A stretch of 64,000 nt of DNA from Candidatus Aminicenantes bacterium (lineage in GTDB: Bacteria > Acidobacteriota > Aminicenantia > Aminicenantales > Aminicenantaceae): positions 3,116 to 67,115 of the forward strand of contig JASFPP010000001.1 in NCBI GenBank assembly GCA_050115915.1, written 5' to 3'. The notes under the pieces were generated by a model that made no database searches, was not told the origin of the DNA, and was given only the letters and a program-made list of their open reading frames with translations. Every line of letters starts with the position of its first letter. Within the stretch, counting starts at the first letter, position 1. Below are positions 56,232-64,000 of the stretch, piece by piece. The position numbers and the translations under genes are program-made.

Positions 56232-57653
56232 TTATCCTGTAATGATTTTTTTAATGAATATGAGGATGATGATGAGCACGATGGGCGAGAAAAATTTGAG
56301 AGAAAACACCCAGAGGGGGCGAATCCGGAAGCGAGGATTCCCCTCTCGAACCTCCTCGACGGGTTTTTTCACTCCCCAAATCCAACCCACAAAAATACAG
56401 ATCAAAAGCGCTCCTACGGCAAGGGATATGTTAGCAAACAGGATATCGAATTTACCCATAAAGTCGATATCCGTGAAAAATTTCATTCCGCCCGATGAAA
56501 GCGCGGAGGGAATTCCGAGGAGAAAAGCGAAACCGCCGAGTAAAAGAGCCGCCTTTTTCCGCGACCAGTTCCGTTCATCGATGAAGTATGCCACAGAGAC
56601 TTCCAATAGAGAAATAGTGGAGGTGATGGCTGCGACGAGCAGGAGAGTGAAAAAAAGCGTTCCGAAAAAATTGCCGTTGGGGATCTTGGAGAAAATCAAA
56701 GGGAAGACCTTGAACACCAATCCGGGTCCGGCCGTCGGAGCGATGCCGGGTATGGCAAAAAGTGTTGGGAAAATAATGATTCCGGCCAGGAAAGCGATAA
56801 GAGTATCGGAGAAAGATACCCATCCTGCAGATGTCACCAAATTGTCGGATTTAGGGATGTAACTTCCGTAGGTGATCATGATCCCCATTCCTATGCTCAG
56901 CGAGAAAAAGGCCTGGCCGAAGGCGAAAAGGACCACAGTGCCGTTCAGTTTTGAAAAATCGGGCTTGAGATAGAACGAAACTCCTTCGCTGGCACCGGGG
57001 AGCGTCAGGGCCTTTATGGCCAGATAAATGATCAGAATGAAGAGAATGGGCATCAGGATCTTGGTCCACCTTTCGATTCCGCTCTGAACTCCCCTGGAGA
57101 TGATGAAAGTGGTGATACCGATGACAATCAAAAGGCAGACCAGGGCCATAAGAGGATTGGAAACAAAGCTCGTGTATATCTGGTCGCTCATCTGGCTGCT
57201 GACCTCTCCTCTGAATGTCCCGGAAACGGTTTTGACGAAATATCCCACGGCCCAGCCGGCGATCACAGCATAGTAGGACAGTATACAGATACTTGTCAGA
57301 AGGCCCAGGTAGCCGATGATCTTCCACGGTTTACGGGGTTTGATGTGTTCGAAAGCTCCGATTGCGTTTCGCTGTGTGTGACGGCCGATCGTCATCTCTG
57401 CCAGCATCACCGTGAATCCAACGAGAGCGACTGCCAGAATGTACACGAAAACAAAAACAGCCCCCCCGTATTTTCCCACGACCATCGGGAATCGCCAGAT
57501 GTTTCCGAGGCCTATGGCTGAGCCTGTTGCGGCGAAGATAAAGGCGATCTTCGAGCCCCAAAGGCCTCTTTGACCGGATTCTTGCCTGCTCATATCGTTC
57601 TCCTCGGATGCGAGTGCTGCTTCATCTCGCCTTATTTCACGTATTTGTACCAC
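56232..57653 (-). CDS. sodium-dependent transporter of the neurotransmitter:sodium symporter (SNF/NSS) family
   Basis: GSAIGLGNIWRFP motif in TM1 and 11-12 TM helices; 473 aa. Confidence 0.85.
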   Translation of the reverse strand: MVQIREIRRDEAALASEENDMSRQESGQRGLWGSKIAFIFAATGSAIGLGNIWRFPMVVGKYGGAVFVFVYILAVALVGFTVMLAEMTIGRHTQRNAIGAFEHIKPRKPWKIIGYLGLLTSICILSYYAVIAGWAVGYFVKTVSGTFRGEVSSQMSDQIYTSFVSNPLMALVCLLIVIGITTFIISRGVQSGIERWTKILMPILFILIIYLAIKALTLPGASEGVSFYLKPDFSKLNGTVVLFAFGQAFFSLSIGMGIMITYGSYIPKSDNLVTSAGWVSFSDTLIAFLAGIIIFPTLFAIPGIAPTAGPGLVFKVFPLIFSKIPNGNFFGTLFFTLLLVAAITSTISLLEVSVAYFIDERNWSRKKAALLLGGFAFLLGIPSALSSGGMKFFTDIDFMGKFDILFANISLAVGALLICIFVGWIWGVKKPVEEVREGNPRFRIRPLWVFSLKFFSPIVLIIILIFIKKIITG

Positions 57654-57711
57654 AACGGCACATCCAGGTAAAGCGGAAACTCCGTCTTTGTTGGTCGATG
57701 TTTGATAAGGG

Positions 57712-57740
57712 TTGCATATTCATGCTTCAGCCAGTAAAAT
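57712..57740 (+). promoter_or_regulatory. sigma70-like promoter for fprA
   Basis: TTGCAT, 17-nt spacer, TAAAAT (57735..57740), AAGGAG Shine-Dalgarno before the ATG at 57773. Confidence 0.45.
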
Positions 57741-57772
57741 CGTAGGTTAGCTGAACGAAGGAGACTGAAACA

Positions 57773-58966
57773 ATGCCGAAAGCCGAGATCAAGCCAGATG
57801 TCTTTTACATCGGCGTCAACGACCGCACGACCGACCTCTTCGAAGGTTTATGGCCCATAACAAAGGAGGGAGTCTCCTACAATTCCTACCTCATCAACGA
57901 TGAAAAAACCGCCATAATCGATCTGACCAAATCGATCAAAGGCGACGAATATTTCGACAAGATCGATCACATAACCGACATCAACAAGATCGACTATGTC
58001 ATCGTCAATCACATGGAGCCCGATCATTCCGGGCTAATCCGGACGCTCCGGAGGATCGCCCCGGATGTGACTCTGGTCGGATCGGCCAAAACTAAGGATA
58101 TGCTGGCAAAATTTTTCTCTATTACGGACAATGTTTTGGTGGTCAATGATGGGGATACTCTCCCTCTGGGAAAAAGAACCCTGAAGTTTTTCTCTACTCC
58201 ATTCCTGCACTGGCCGGAGACTATCATGACCTATGATACATCTGACAGAATCCTCTTCAGCTGCGACGCTTTCGGAAGTTACGGAGCCATTCGGGGGGCG
58301 CTCTTCGATGACGACTGCAAATCCAGGGATTTTTACCTCAGGGAAGCCCTTCGCTATTATGTCAATATCCTGGCGAATTTTAGCCCCCGAGTGTTGACTT
58401 CCATCGACAAATTGAAGGACCTGCCCACTGATATCATCGCCCCTTCCCATGGGCTTATTTGGAGGAACAACATTCCTCTTATCGTCAACCTCTATAAGAA
58501 ATGGGCCGAATGTGCCGATGGAGGCGATGAACCGGGAGTGACTCTTATCTATGGTTCCATGTACGGAAACACGGAAGTGGTGATGAATGCTGTTGCTGAG
58601 GGGATTGCGGCAGAGGGTATGGCGCTGGATATTTTTGATGTTTCCCGCAATCACGTCAGCTATATCCTTCCATCCCTCTGGACGAAACGCGGGGTCATGA
58701 TCGGCGCCCCCACCTATGAGGTCTCGCTCTTCCCCACCATGGCCGAAGTCCTCAACATGGCTGCACACAAGCGCATCCGGAACAAAAAGGCCGCCTATTT
58801 TGGGAGCTATGGCTGGAGTGGGGGAGCCCTGAAGGGCGTCAAGACGATCGTGGAGCCCTTGAGATGGGAGGTCGTCGATTCCTTCGAGTTTATCGGGAGC
58901 CCCACAAAAGAGGATATAGCCACAGCTAAGGAATTCGGGCGGAAATTTGCCCGGCTTTTCAAATGA
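57773..58966 (+). CDS. fprA: flavodiiron protein (FprA family; metallo-beta-lactamase plus flavodoxin domains)
   Basis: Di-iron ligand motif HMEPDHSG in the beta-lactamase-like domain, C-terminal flavodoxin-like domain; 397 aa. Confidence 0.85.
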   Translation: MPKAEIKPDVFYIGVNDRTTDLFEGLWPITKEGVSYNSYLINDEKTAIIDLTKSIKGDEYFDKIDHITDINKIDYVIVNHMEPDHSGLIRTLRRIAPDVTLVGSAKTKDMLAKFFSITDNVLVVNDGDTLPLGKRTLKFFSTPFLHWPETIMTYDTSDRILFSCDAFGSYGAIRGALFDDDCKSRDFYLREALRYYVNILANFSPRVLTSIDKLKDLPTDIIAPSHGLIWRNNIPLIVNLYKKWAECADGGDEPGVTLIYGSMYGNTEVVMNAVAEGIAAEGMALDIFDVSRNHVSYILPSLWTKRGVMIGAPTYEVSLFPTMAEVLNMAAHKRIRNKKAAYFGSYGWSGGALKGVKTIVEPLRWEVVDSFEFIGSPTKEDIATAKEFGRKFARLFK

Positions 58967-58973
58967 TGATCAC

Positions 58974-59999
58974 TTAATGATGGGAACCCGGGTATTTTTT
59001 CTCTCCGGCTAGAATGCGGATTTTGAGCTGATTTTGGGGAGGGGGCAGAGGGCATGTCGCGAATGGTGTGTAGGCACACGGGGGATTATAGGCTCTGTTG
59101 AAGTTCAGGTCTACCTTCCCGTTCTCCAGGATACGCGCATTCATGAAGCGGGAGGCCTCGTACGTTTCTTTGCCGTTTGTCTCGTCCCCGAAAATGAAAA
59201 AAAGTGTCTGGGGGTCAGCGGAGAATGCCTCGAGCCTGTAAAGCGTCCCATCGATCTTGAATGTCACATAACCCGGGGTGTCCATGACTGTGTTTTTACC
59301 GACGGCAGTTCCGACTTCCAGTTTTTTTGGCTTTGCAAAGGCCTGAAACTCCGCTTGCACCCTGTATTTTTCATTCGGCGTAAAGAAATCGAGGCCCGTA
59401 TAATTTTTGTAAGGCAAGTGATCGAGATCGCGCAATCGGATCGCATACATGTCGAATCGTTGGATCACCCACATGCGCAGGTTATTCAATTCGACGATAT
59501 CGGGTTTCCCCGTATCATCGGCTTTCAATTCGAACCGATGGATGGTTTTGCCATCGACCTTGAGCGGGATTCCTTGTTCGGCGATGACGCTAACCGTCCC
59601 GTTATCCAGATAGAATCTCCCCGCGACTTGAGGGGCCGATCCCTCGGGGAGCTTGATGGGATTTTTCCCTGATGTTCCGAAAGCGTTCTCTCCCTCTTCG
59701 AGCCAATACAGTCCGGCGATATTTAACCAGCTTGTGGGGGCTCTCATCTCTTTGTCGCGCTTTTTTCTCCATTCGGCCTCTTCCTGGAGAAAAGTCTTCG
59801 AGTCATCATGGGAGAGTGCTTCTGAATAAGCCGAAGGTGTGAGGCATAAGATAAACAGCCACAGGATCCCAAGGAAAGAGCACTGTGTTTTGGCTTTCAT
59901 GATTCGCTCCATTCGTCCTCTCGTTTTCCCTATGTTAGAGAAATCGTTGATTATGTCAATGTTTATGTGCAGCTTTCCCGAAACCGGGCTTACGGACAT
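58974..59999 (-). CDS. secreted hypothetical protein (possibly DUF1684-like)
   Basis: Signal peptide (LGILWLFILCLTPSAYS), 341 aa. The family call rests on general resemblance only. Confidence 0.4.
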   Translation of the reverse strand: MSVSPVSGKLHINIDIINDFSNIGKTRGRMERIMKAKTQCSFLGILWLFILCLTPSAYSEALSHDDSKTFLQEEAEWRKKRDKEMRAPTSWLNIAGLYWLEEGENAFGTSGKNPIKLPEGSAPQVAGRFYLDNGTVSVIAEQGIPLKVDGKTIHRFELKADDTGKPDIVELNNLRMWVIQRFDMYAIRLRDLDHLPYKNYTGLDFFTPNEKYRVQAEFQAFAKPKKLEVGTAVGKNTVMDTPGYVTFKIDGTLYRLEAFSADPQTLFFIFGDETNGKETYEASRFMNARILENGKVDLNFNRAYNPPCAYTPFATCPLPPPQNQLKIRILAGEKKYPGSHH

Positions 60000-60024
60000 T
60001 GCGGAAGCCTCAACCGGCGATTTT

Positions 60025-60048
60025 AAAACTGAAATTCCCTTCAGTTTT
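60025..60048 (+). promoter_or_regulatory. 9-bp perfect inverted repeat AAAACTGAA-attccc-TTCAGTTTT upstream of an extended -10 (TGaTAGAAT, 60067..60075): candidate operator
   Basis: Perfect palindrome arms separated by 6 nt. It sits at the -35 position relative to the extended -10 box, 30 nt before the ATG at 60106. Confidence 0.4.
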
Positions 60049-60105
60049 CAAAGTCCCCTAAAAATGTGATAGAATAACGGTCACAAGATTAGCTCGAGGA
60101 TCACT

Positions 60106-60567
60106 ATGACAAAGGATTGGAAAGATAACTTAGCGAGTTTTTTTGATGGCTACAGGATCATCGAAAGAAGCAAAGAAGATACCATTAAGAACTTCGATCA
60201 GTTTTGTGAATTTGTGGCTGAACCCGCCTTCGAGAGCCTGGGAGAAGAGCTCGAGAATTACAGAATAACATCCAAAATAAAAAGAGATAAGGGAAAATCG
60301 GTCGCCTTCCAGATCAATTTTCCCAAGTCCAAAGTCGAAAACTTTCTTTACATTATCGTGTTCCCCAGAAATTCGCTCGAGCTCCAACTCAAGCTTTTGA
60401 TCAAGGGAAGGCCGGACATCAACAGCCCCATGGAGTGTACAGAAGGCCGATTTATGAAAGATGTCGCACCTGCCGAGATCTTAAAGCTGAAAAAAGAAGA
60501 CCTCATCCAGGATGTCATCGAGCACTACCGCAACTTCTGCTTCAAGGCCGCCACACAAACGGACTAA
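60106..60567 (+). CDS. hypothetical protein
   Basis: 153-aa ORF, acidic N-terminal half, no recognisable motif. It lies directly upstream of the MFS gene. Confidence 0.4.
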   Translation: MTKDWKDNLASFFDGYRIIERSKEDTIKNFDQFCEFVAEPAFESLGEELENYRITSKIKRDKGKSVAFQINFPKSKVENFLYIIVFPRNSLELQLKLLIKGRPDINSPMECTEGRFMKDVAPAEILKLKKEDLIQDVIEHYRNFCFKAATQTD

Positions 60568-60578
60568 CACCCTCCCCT

Positions 60579-61802
60579 ATGAAAAAATCAATTTCGCGGA
60601 TGGAGGGGAGATCTTTACCCCGCGTCGTGCTTGGGATGCATTTTCTGGTGCTGCTGGTTTTTTCGTCTCTGGCTGTGTATCACCTCTTTCCTCTTTTCCT
60701 GGAAGACGTTGGGGGATCGCCTCAAGAGATCGGATTGATCGTGGGGCTCTTTTCCATCGCAGCCTTTCTCTCCAGACCGCTCACCGGTTGGTTCCTGCGT
60801 CGGTTTCCGCCAAAAAAAGTGTGTGTGGCTGGCCTTGTTCTGATGCTCGTTGTTTCTGCTCTCTATGTTTTTGTGGACCGGATCGACTGGAAGATCTTTG
60901 TGATCAGGATTCTTCATGGGTTCGGTTTTTCTGTTTTTGTCCTGGCCGCTTTGTTTATCACCATTATCGCCGTCCCCGCAAAGGTCCGGACATATGCCAT
61001 CGGCGTTGTGTCGACAGGATTTTTGCTGCCACTCCTCGTGGTCCCCTACATCGCCGAAATTGTTATTCAAAGCTATGGATACTTCGAGTTTTTTCTCCTG
61101 GCTGCAATTCTTGTGGCTATTCCTCTTGCTGTCGTGTTTTTTTTAAAGAGCCCTGCGCCTCGATTGGAATCTGAAACTGACTCCAAGCAAAAGGGATTCT
61201 TTCGTCTTCTGGCGCAAAAAAGAATCCTTGTTATTTCTCTGCTCGCCTTTATTTTCGAGACCGGATTGAGTTCCAGCCTTTCTTTTGTTCCCTTGCTCGC
61301 TCATGAGGGGAGCACGATGAAGGCCGGGTATTTCTACACGTTTCTCGGCTTGACAGCTGTCTCGCTCAGGATATTCGGAGGCAAATGGCTGGCTTTTTGG
61401 GGCGATTCCAGGCTGCTCTTTCCGGCATTCTGTTGTCTTTCGGGAGGAGCGATCCTGTTGTATTTTTCTCAGGGGAATGGGCTCCTCGCTCTCTCTGGCA
61501 TGATCTGGGGTGTTGGGACCGGTGTGCTCTATCCTCATTTGTCCGCACTCGCCGTGGAAGGAATTCCCACGAAGGAAAAAGGGATGGCGCTCAGTCTCTT
61601 TGCTGCGTTCGTAGATCTGGGTTTTGCCTTCGGGCCCATCCTTTTTGGTTGGATGTCTCACATCTGGGAGGTTCGGACAGCCTATATTCCCTTAGCTTTC
61701 ATCGTGTTTTTCTCTGCGCTGTTGCTGATCGTTATAGGACGGGATATTCTGTTTGATGCGTCTGAAAGACATGCAAATCATCGCATGGATGATAACCTCT
61801 AG
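60579..61802 (+). CDS. MFS family transporter
   Basis: 12 predicted TM helices with MFS-type loop motifs (LSRPLTGWFLRRFPPKKV). The first 48 codons of the track ORF 60435..61802 overlap the upstream gene, so the start is moved to MKKSISRM. Confidence 0.8.
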   Translation: MKKSISRMEGRSLPRVVLGMHFLVLLVFSSLAVYHLFPLFLEDVGGSPQEIGLIVGLFSIAAFLSRPLTGWFLRRFPPKKVCVAGLVLMLVVSALYVFVDRIDWKIFVIRILHGFGFSVFVLAALFITIIAVPAKVRTYAIGVVSTGFLLPLLVVPYIAEIVIQSYGYFEFFLLAAILVAIPLAVVFFLKSPAPRLESETDSKQKGFFRLLAQKRILVISLLAFIFETGLSSSLSFVPLLAHEGSTMKAGYFYTFLGLTAVSLRIFGGKWLAFWGDSRLLFPAFCCLSGGAILLYFSQGNGLLALSGMIWGVGTGVLYPHLSALAVEGIPTKEKGMALSLFAAFVDLGFAFGPILFGWMSHIWEVRTAYIPLAFIVFFSALLLIVIGRDILFDASERHANHRMDDNL

Positions 61803-61831
61803 CGATTAATCAGGATAGAAGTTAAAAGGGA

Positions 61832-62755
61832 TCAATCGAGGCGGATGATTCCTGCTTTTTTTGCGATTGCGATAGCCTGGTTGTATTCAAGCTTGGTGAT
61901 CCTTCTGGAGAGAGGGGAGCCGGGTTTAATGTCGCCACAGGGATAATACTGAGCCATAATATTGACATACGTGTTCTTTGATATCTCTTGGGCGAGAAAT
62001 CGCATAACATCCTGTGTGCCCGCCAATCCCGAAGGAAGAACGAGATGCCTTATGAGCAAACCTCGGAGTGCAATCCCTCTTTCATCCATCGCAAGATCTC
62101 CCACCTGTCGAAACATCTCTTTGATCGCCTTCTTTGCCACTTGAGGGTAGTCCCGGGCTTGTGAGTATTCTTCAGCGGCTTCCTCCGAGCTGTATTTAAA
62201 GTCCGGCATATAAATATCGACCACCCCATCCAGGAATTGAAGCGTCTCTATAGCATCGTACCCGCCTGTATTGTAAACGAGCGGGATGGATAGCCCTGAA
62301 GCGATCGCATTGGGTAGGGCGGCCAGGATCTGCGGGACATAGTGTGTCGGGCTGACAAAGTTGATGTTATGGCAGCCGAGAGACTGCAGGGCCACCATCA
62401 TCCGGCTCAATCGGTCGATCGATATCTCCTCGCCTTCATCCAAGTGACTGATGGAATAGTTCTGACAGAAGCCGCATCCAAGGTTGCAGTGTGTGAAAAA
62501 GATCGTACCCGATCCGTAAAAGCCGACAAGCGGTTTTTCCTCACCAAAATGTGGGGAAGATGATGAGACTTTGGGCGAGAGGCCAGCCCGGCAGTATCCT
62601 CTTTCCCCCGCAACGCGATCGACTTTGCAATCACGGGGGCATACAGAGCAGCTTTCGAGTAGCTCCTGGGCCCGGGCGATTTTATCCTCGAGTTTGCCTT
62701 CTCTATGGGTCTTGAGGTAAACCGGCAAAAAGCCTTTTTGCGCCACCATCGCCAA
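61832..62755 (-). CDS. radical SAM enzyme of the AmmeMemoRadiSam-system type (PflA-like activase fold)
   Basis: FFTHCNLGCGFCQNYSIS cluster close to the N-terminus, 307 aa, resembling the AmmeMemoRadiSam radical SAM family. No AMMECR1 or Memo genes are present in the window. Confidence 0.7.
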   Translation of the reverse strand: MAMVAQKGFLPVYLKTHREGKLEDKIARAQELLESCSVCPRDCKVDRVAGERGYCRAGLSPKVSSSSPHFGEEKPLVGFYGSGTIFFTHCNLGCGFCQNYSISHLDEGEEISIDRLSRMMVALQSLGCHNINFVSPTHYVPQILAALPNAIASGLSIPLVYNTGGYDAIETLQFLDGVVDIYMPDFKYSSEEAAEEYSQARDYPQVAKKAIKEMFRQVGDLAMDERGIALRGLLIRHLVLPSGLAGTQDVMRFLAQEISKNTYVNIMAQYYPCGDIKPGSPLSRRITKLEYNQAIAIAKKAGIIRLD

Positions 62756-62969
62756 GGATTATAGCACATATTCTGTCTTTTCTCGTAAATCAATGTGCCT
62801 CTCAGGTTTCTGAGCGTCATGAATCGACGAGGCGTTTGGATTGGATAATGGTTTGCTGTTTAAATAGAGTGAAATTTGGATCATGTCTTGTTAAAATAGC
62901 AGTTTGTTAATGAGGTTTTATGAGAGGGCCCAAGGGAAGGTTTAATGAAGGGAAAGAGCGGCGGGTTTT

Positions 62970-63668
62970 GTGACTGATTCAGCTAGAAGATACAGAGTGG
63001 TGGAGGCGTTCCAGCGGATCCCTTCGCTTGTCCATGGTTTCGGGACCCGATATTGGGGGGAGGACGGTTTGAATTCATGTCCGGAGCTGGCCGGCTTTCG
63101 CCATGTTTCCCTCTGTCAGACTCACTCCGATATCGTCCACACCATCACAAGATATCCCCATGATAAGATGGAGGGGGATGCGCTCGTAACAGACCGTCCG
63201 GGCATCCTCCTCAACATAAAGACCGCCGATTGCCTTCCTGTGTTGGTCGTGGATCCTCAAAGGAGAGTTGTCGCTGCGGTCCATTGTGGTTGGAGAGGAA
63301 CCCTGAAGAACGTCATCGCTGAAACGCTCCGGACGATCATACAGAATTTTGGCAGCGACGTGTCATCTCTTCGTGTTGCCCTAGGGCCTTGTATAGACAA
63401 GTCTTGCTATGAGGTTGGGGAGGATGTGAGAGAACGATTTGAACGCTACGGAATTTCCAATGGAAATTTTAACCGCCATCCTTTCAAACGAGAGAAATAT
63501 TTATTCGATCTCAGAGGGACTAATCGGGCTCAGATCCTCGAGATGGGTGTCCCTCGAGAACAAATTTTTTCGGTTGACCTCTGCACGTACTGTGAAAAGG
63601 ACCTGTTCTCCTACAGAAGAGATAAGGCCCATGCAGGACGATTGATCAACTTTATTGGCCTATCGTAA
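62970..63668 (+). CDS. pgeF: peptidoglycan editing factor PgeF (YfiH/DUF152 purine-nucleoside phosphorylase/laccase-like)
   Basis: Conserved His/Cys/His triad context: HSDIVH, ADCLPVLV, VHCGWRG. Confidence 0.85.
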   Translation: MTDSARRYRVVEAFQRIPSLVHGFGTRYWGEDGLNSCPELAGFRHVSLCQTHSDIVHTITRYPHDKMEGDALVTDRPGILLNIKTADCLPVLVVDPQRRVVAAVHCGWRGTLKNVIAETLRTIIQNFGSDVSSLRVALGPCIDKSCYEVGEDVRERFERYGISNGNFNRHPFKREKYLFDLRGTNRAQILEMGVPREQIFSVDLCTYCEKDLFSYRRDKAHAGRLINFIGLS

Positions 63669-63809
63669 TCTCCTGGATTATTCACGAGCCGAGGCCAACC
63701 CACCCCACCCATTCACAAAGGTAGAGGCAGTGGCTTCCGAAGCAGCAGTGAACTACCACGAGGGGGCTACAACGAAGGCTTTGTAGTGAGATCGGTTCGC
63801 CCGAAGGGT

Positions 63810-63884
63810 AAAAGAAGCTAACAACAGGATGGGGAGTTTTCCTTTCAGATAAGTCTTTCTTAAATATATTTGTTAGCTTCTTTT
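63810..63884. repeat. 15-bp perfect inverted repeat AAAAGAAGCTAACAA / TTGTTAGCTTCTTTT with 45-nt spacer, within a structured untranslated region
   Basis: Exact reverse-complement arms at 63810..63824 and 63870..63884. It is followed by a weak terminator-like hairpin ATCAACAGCTTTGTTGAT plus a T-run (63899..63920). Confidence 0.5.
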
Positions 63885-63949
63885 ATGATTAATTCAGGAT
63901 CAACAGCTTTGTTGATTTTTAAGGTATTTTTTCTTATCCTAGGGCTACT

Positions 63950-64000
63950 ATGAAAAACACTTATTCAGAGATTGTGCTGCCGGATTTTCCGTTGTTTAAA
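63950..64000 (+). CDS. 5' end of an unidentified gene (MKNTYSEIVLPDFPLFK...) running off the window
   Basis: ATG at 63950 in an open frame to the window end; only 17 codons are visible. Confidence 0.3.
   Translation, partial: MKNTYSEIVLPDFPLFK

Noticed and set aside
58034-58768. 244-aa ORF antisense to fprA, and 59034..59672 (+) antisense to the secreted hypothetical
   Set aside because: Both overlap longer ORFs that carry recognisable domains or signal peptides.
60435-60578. N-terminal 48 codons of the track ORF for the MFS transporter
   Set aside because: This stretch is Arg/Cys/His-rich and non-hydrophobic, and it overlaps the 3' end of the upstream gene. The Met at 60579 precedes the first TM helix and follows the upstream stop.
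63700-63830. SRP (4.5S) RNA, tmRNA or cobalamin riboswitch
   Set aside because: GAAGCAGCAG resembles the SRP helix-8 motif, and CAGTGGC is the complement of the B12-box core. The flanking conserved elements (GGAA tetraloop context, tmRNA T-arm GGTTCGA...CCA end, full B12 box) are absent. Left as an unclassified structured region.

Overview
Bacterial chromosomal window of about 50% GC with dense coding on both strands. I found no rRNA, tRNA, CRISPR array, transposase or integrase. The content is mostly envelope and glycan related.

Positions 1-4969 are a minus-strand block: a partial AMIN-domain protein, a secreted beta-propeller/SGNH hydrolase, a radical SAM/SPASM protein and rsmA. Positions 5220-7698 hold a cysteine desulfurase and a PP-loop ATPase.

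Positions 8891-25385 form a large glycan or lipid-glycan modification island. It contains three bactoprenol-type GT2 genes, a GT9 heptosyltransferase, a GT4, two SAM methyltransferases, asnB, an SDR epimerase and a hexapeptide acyltransferase. It also carries an operon encoding an HpnJ-like B12 radical SAM protein, a YdjC/HpnK/NaxD-like deacetylase, an ArnC-like GT2 and an ArnT-like GT-C. A Wzm/Wzt ABC exporter and an RfaE-domain-II gene lie further downstream at 35.2-38.3 kb.

Housekeeping genes include an orphan CheY-like receiver with Glu at the phospho-site, accD-folC, a partial F-type ATP synthase operon (b', b, delta, alpha, gamma, beta, epsilon; no a/c genes in the window), mfd, two SurA-like PPIases and pdaD. 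There is also a divergent-deacetylase/S41/M23 (YibQ/CtpA/EnvC-like) envelope module, two Na+ symporters, fprA, an MFS transporter, an AmmeMemoRadiSam-type radical SAM protein and pgeF.

The most unusual signals are in non-coding sequence:
- Two paralogous ~270-bp elements at 2850-3115 and 13560-13845, each next to a different radical SAM gene. They share a 22-nt identical core and a 9-bp palindrome, and show a period-3 substitution pattern suggesting a conserved small ORF. Each ends in a TGGTATAA extended -10 box.
- A duplicated ~75-bp module carrying a perfect TGAAT-N-ATTCA palindrome upstream of the orphan receiver gene.
- A 15-mer shared between 25.6 kb and 63.7 kb.
- A 15-bp perfect inverted repeat in a structured leader at the window end.
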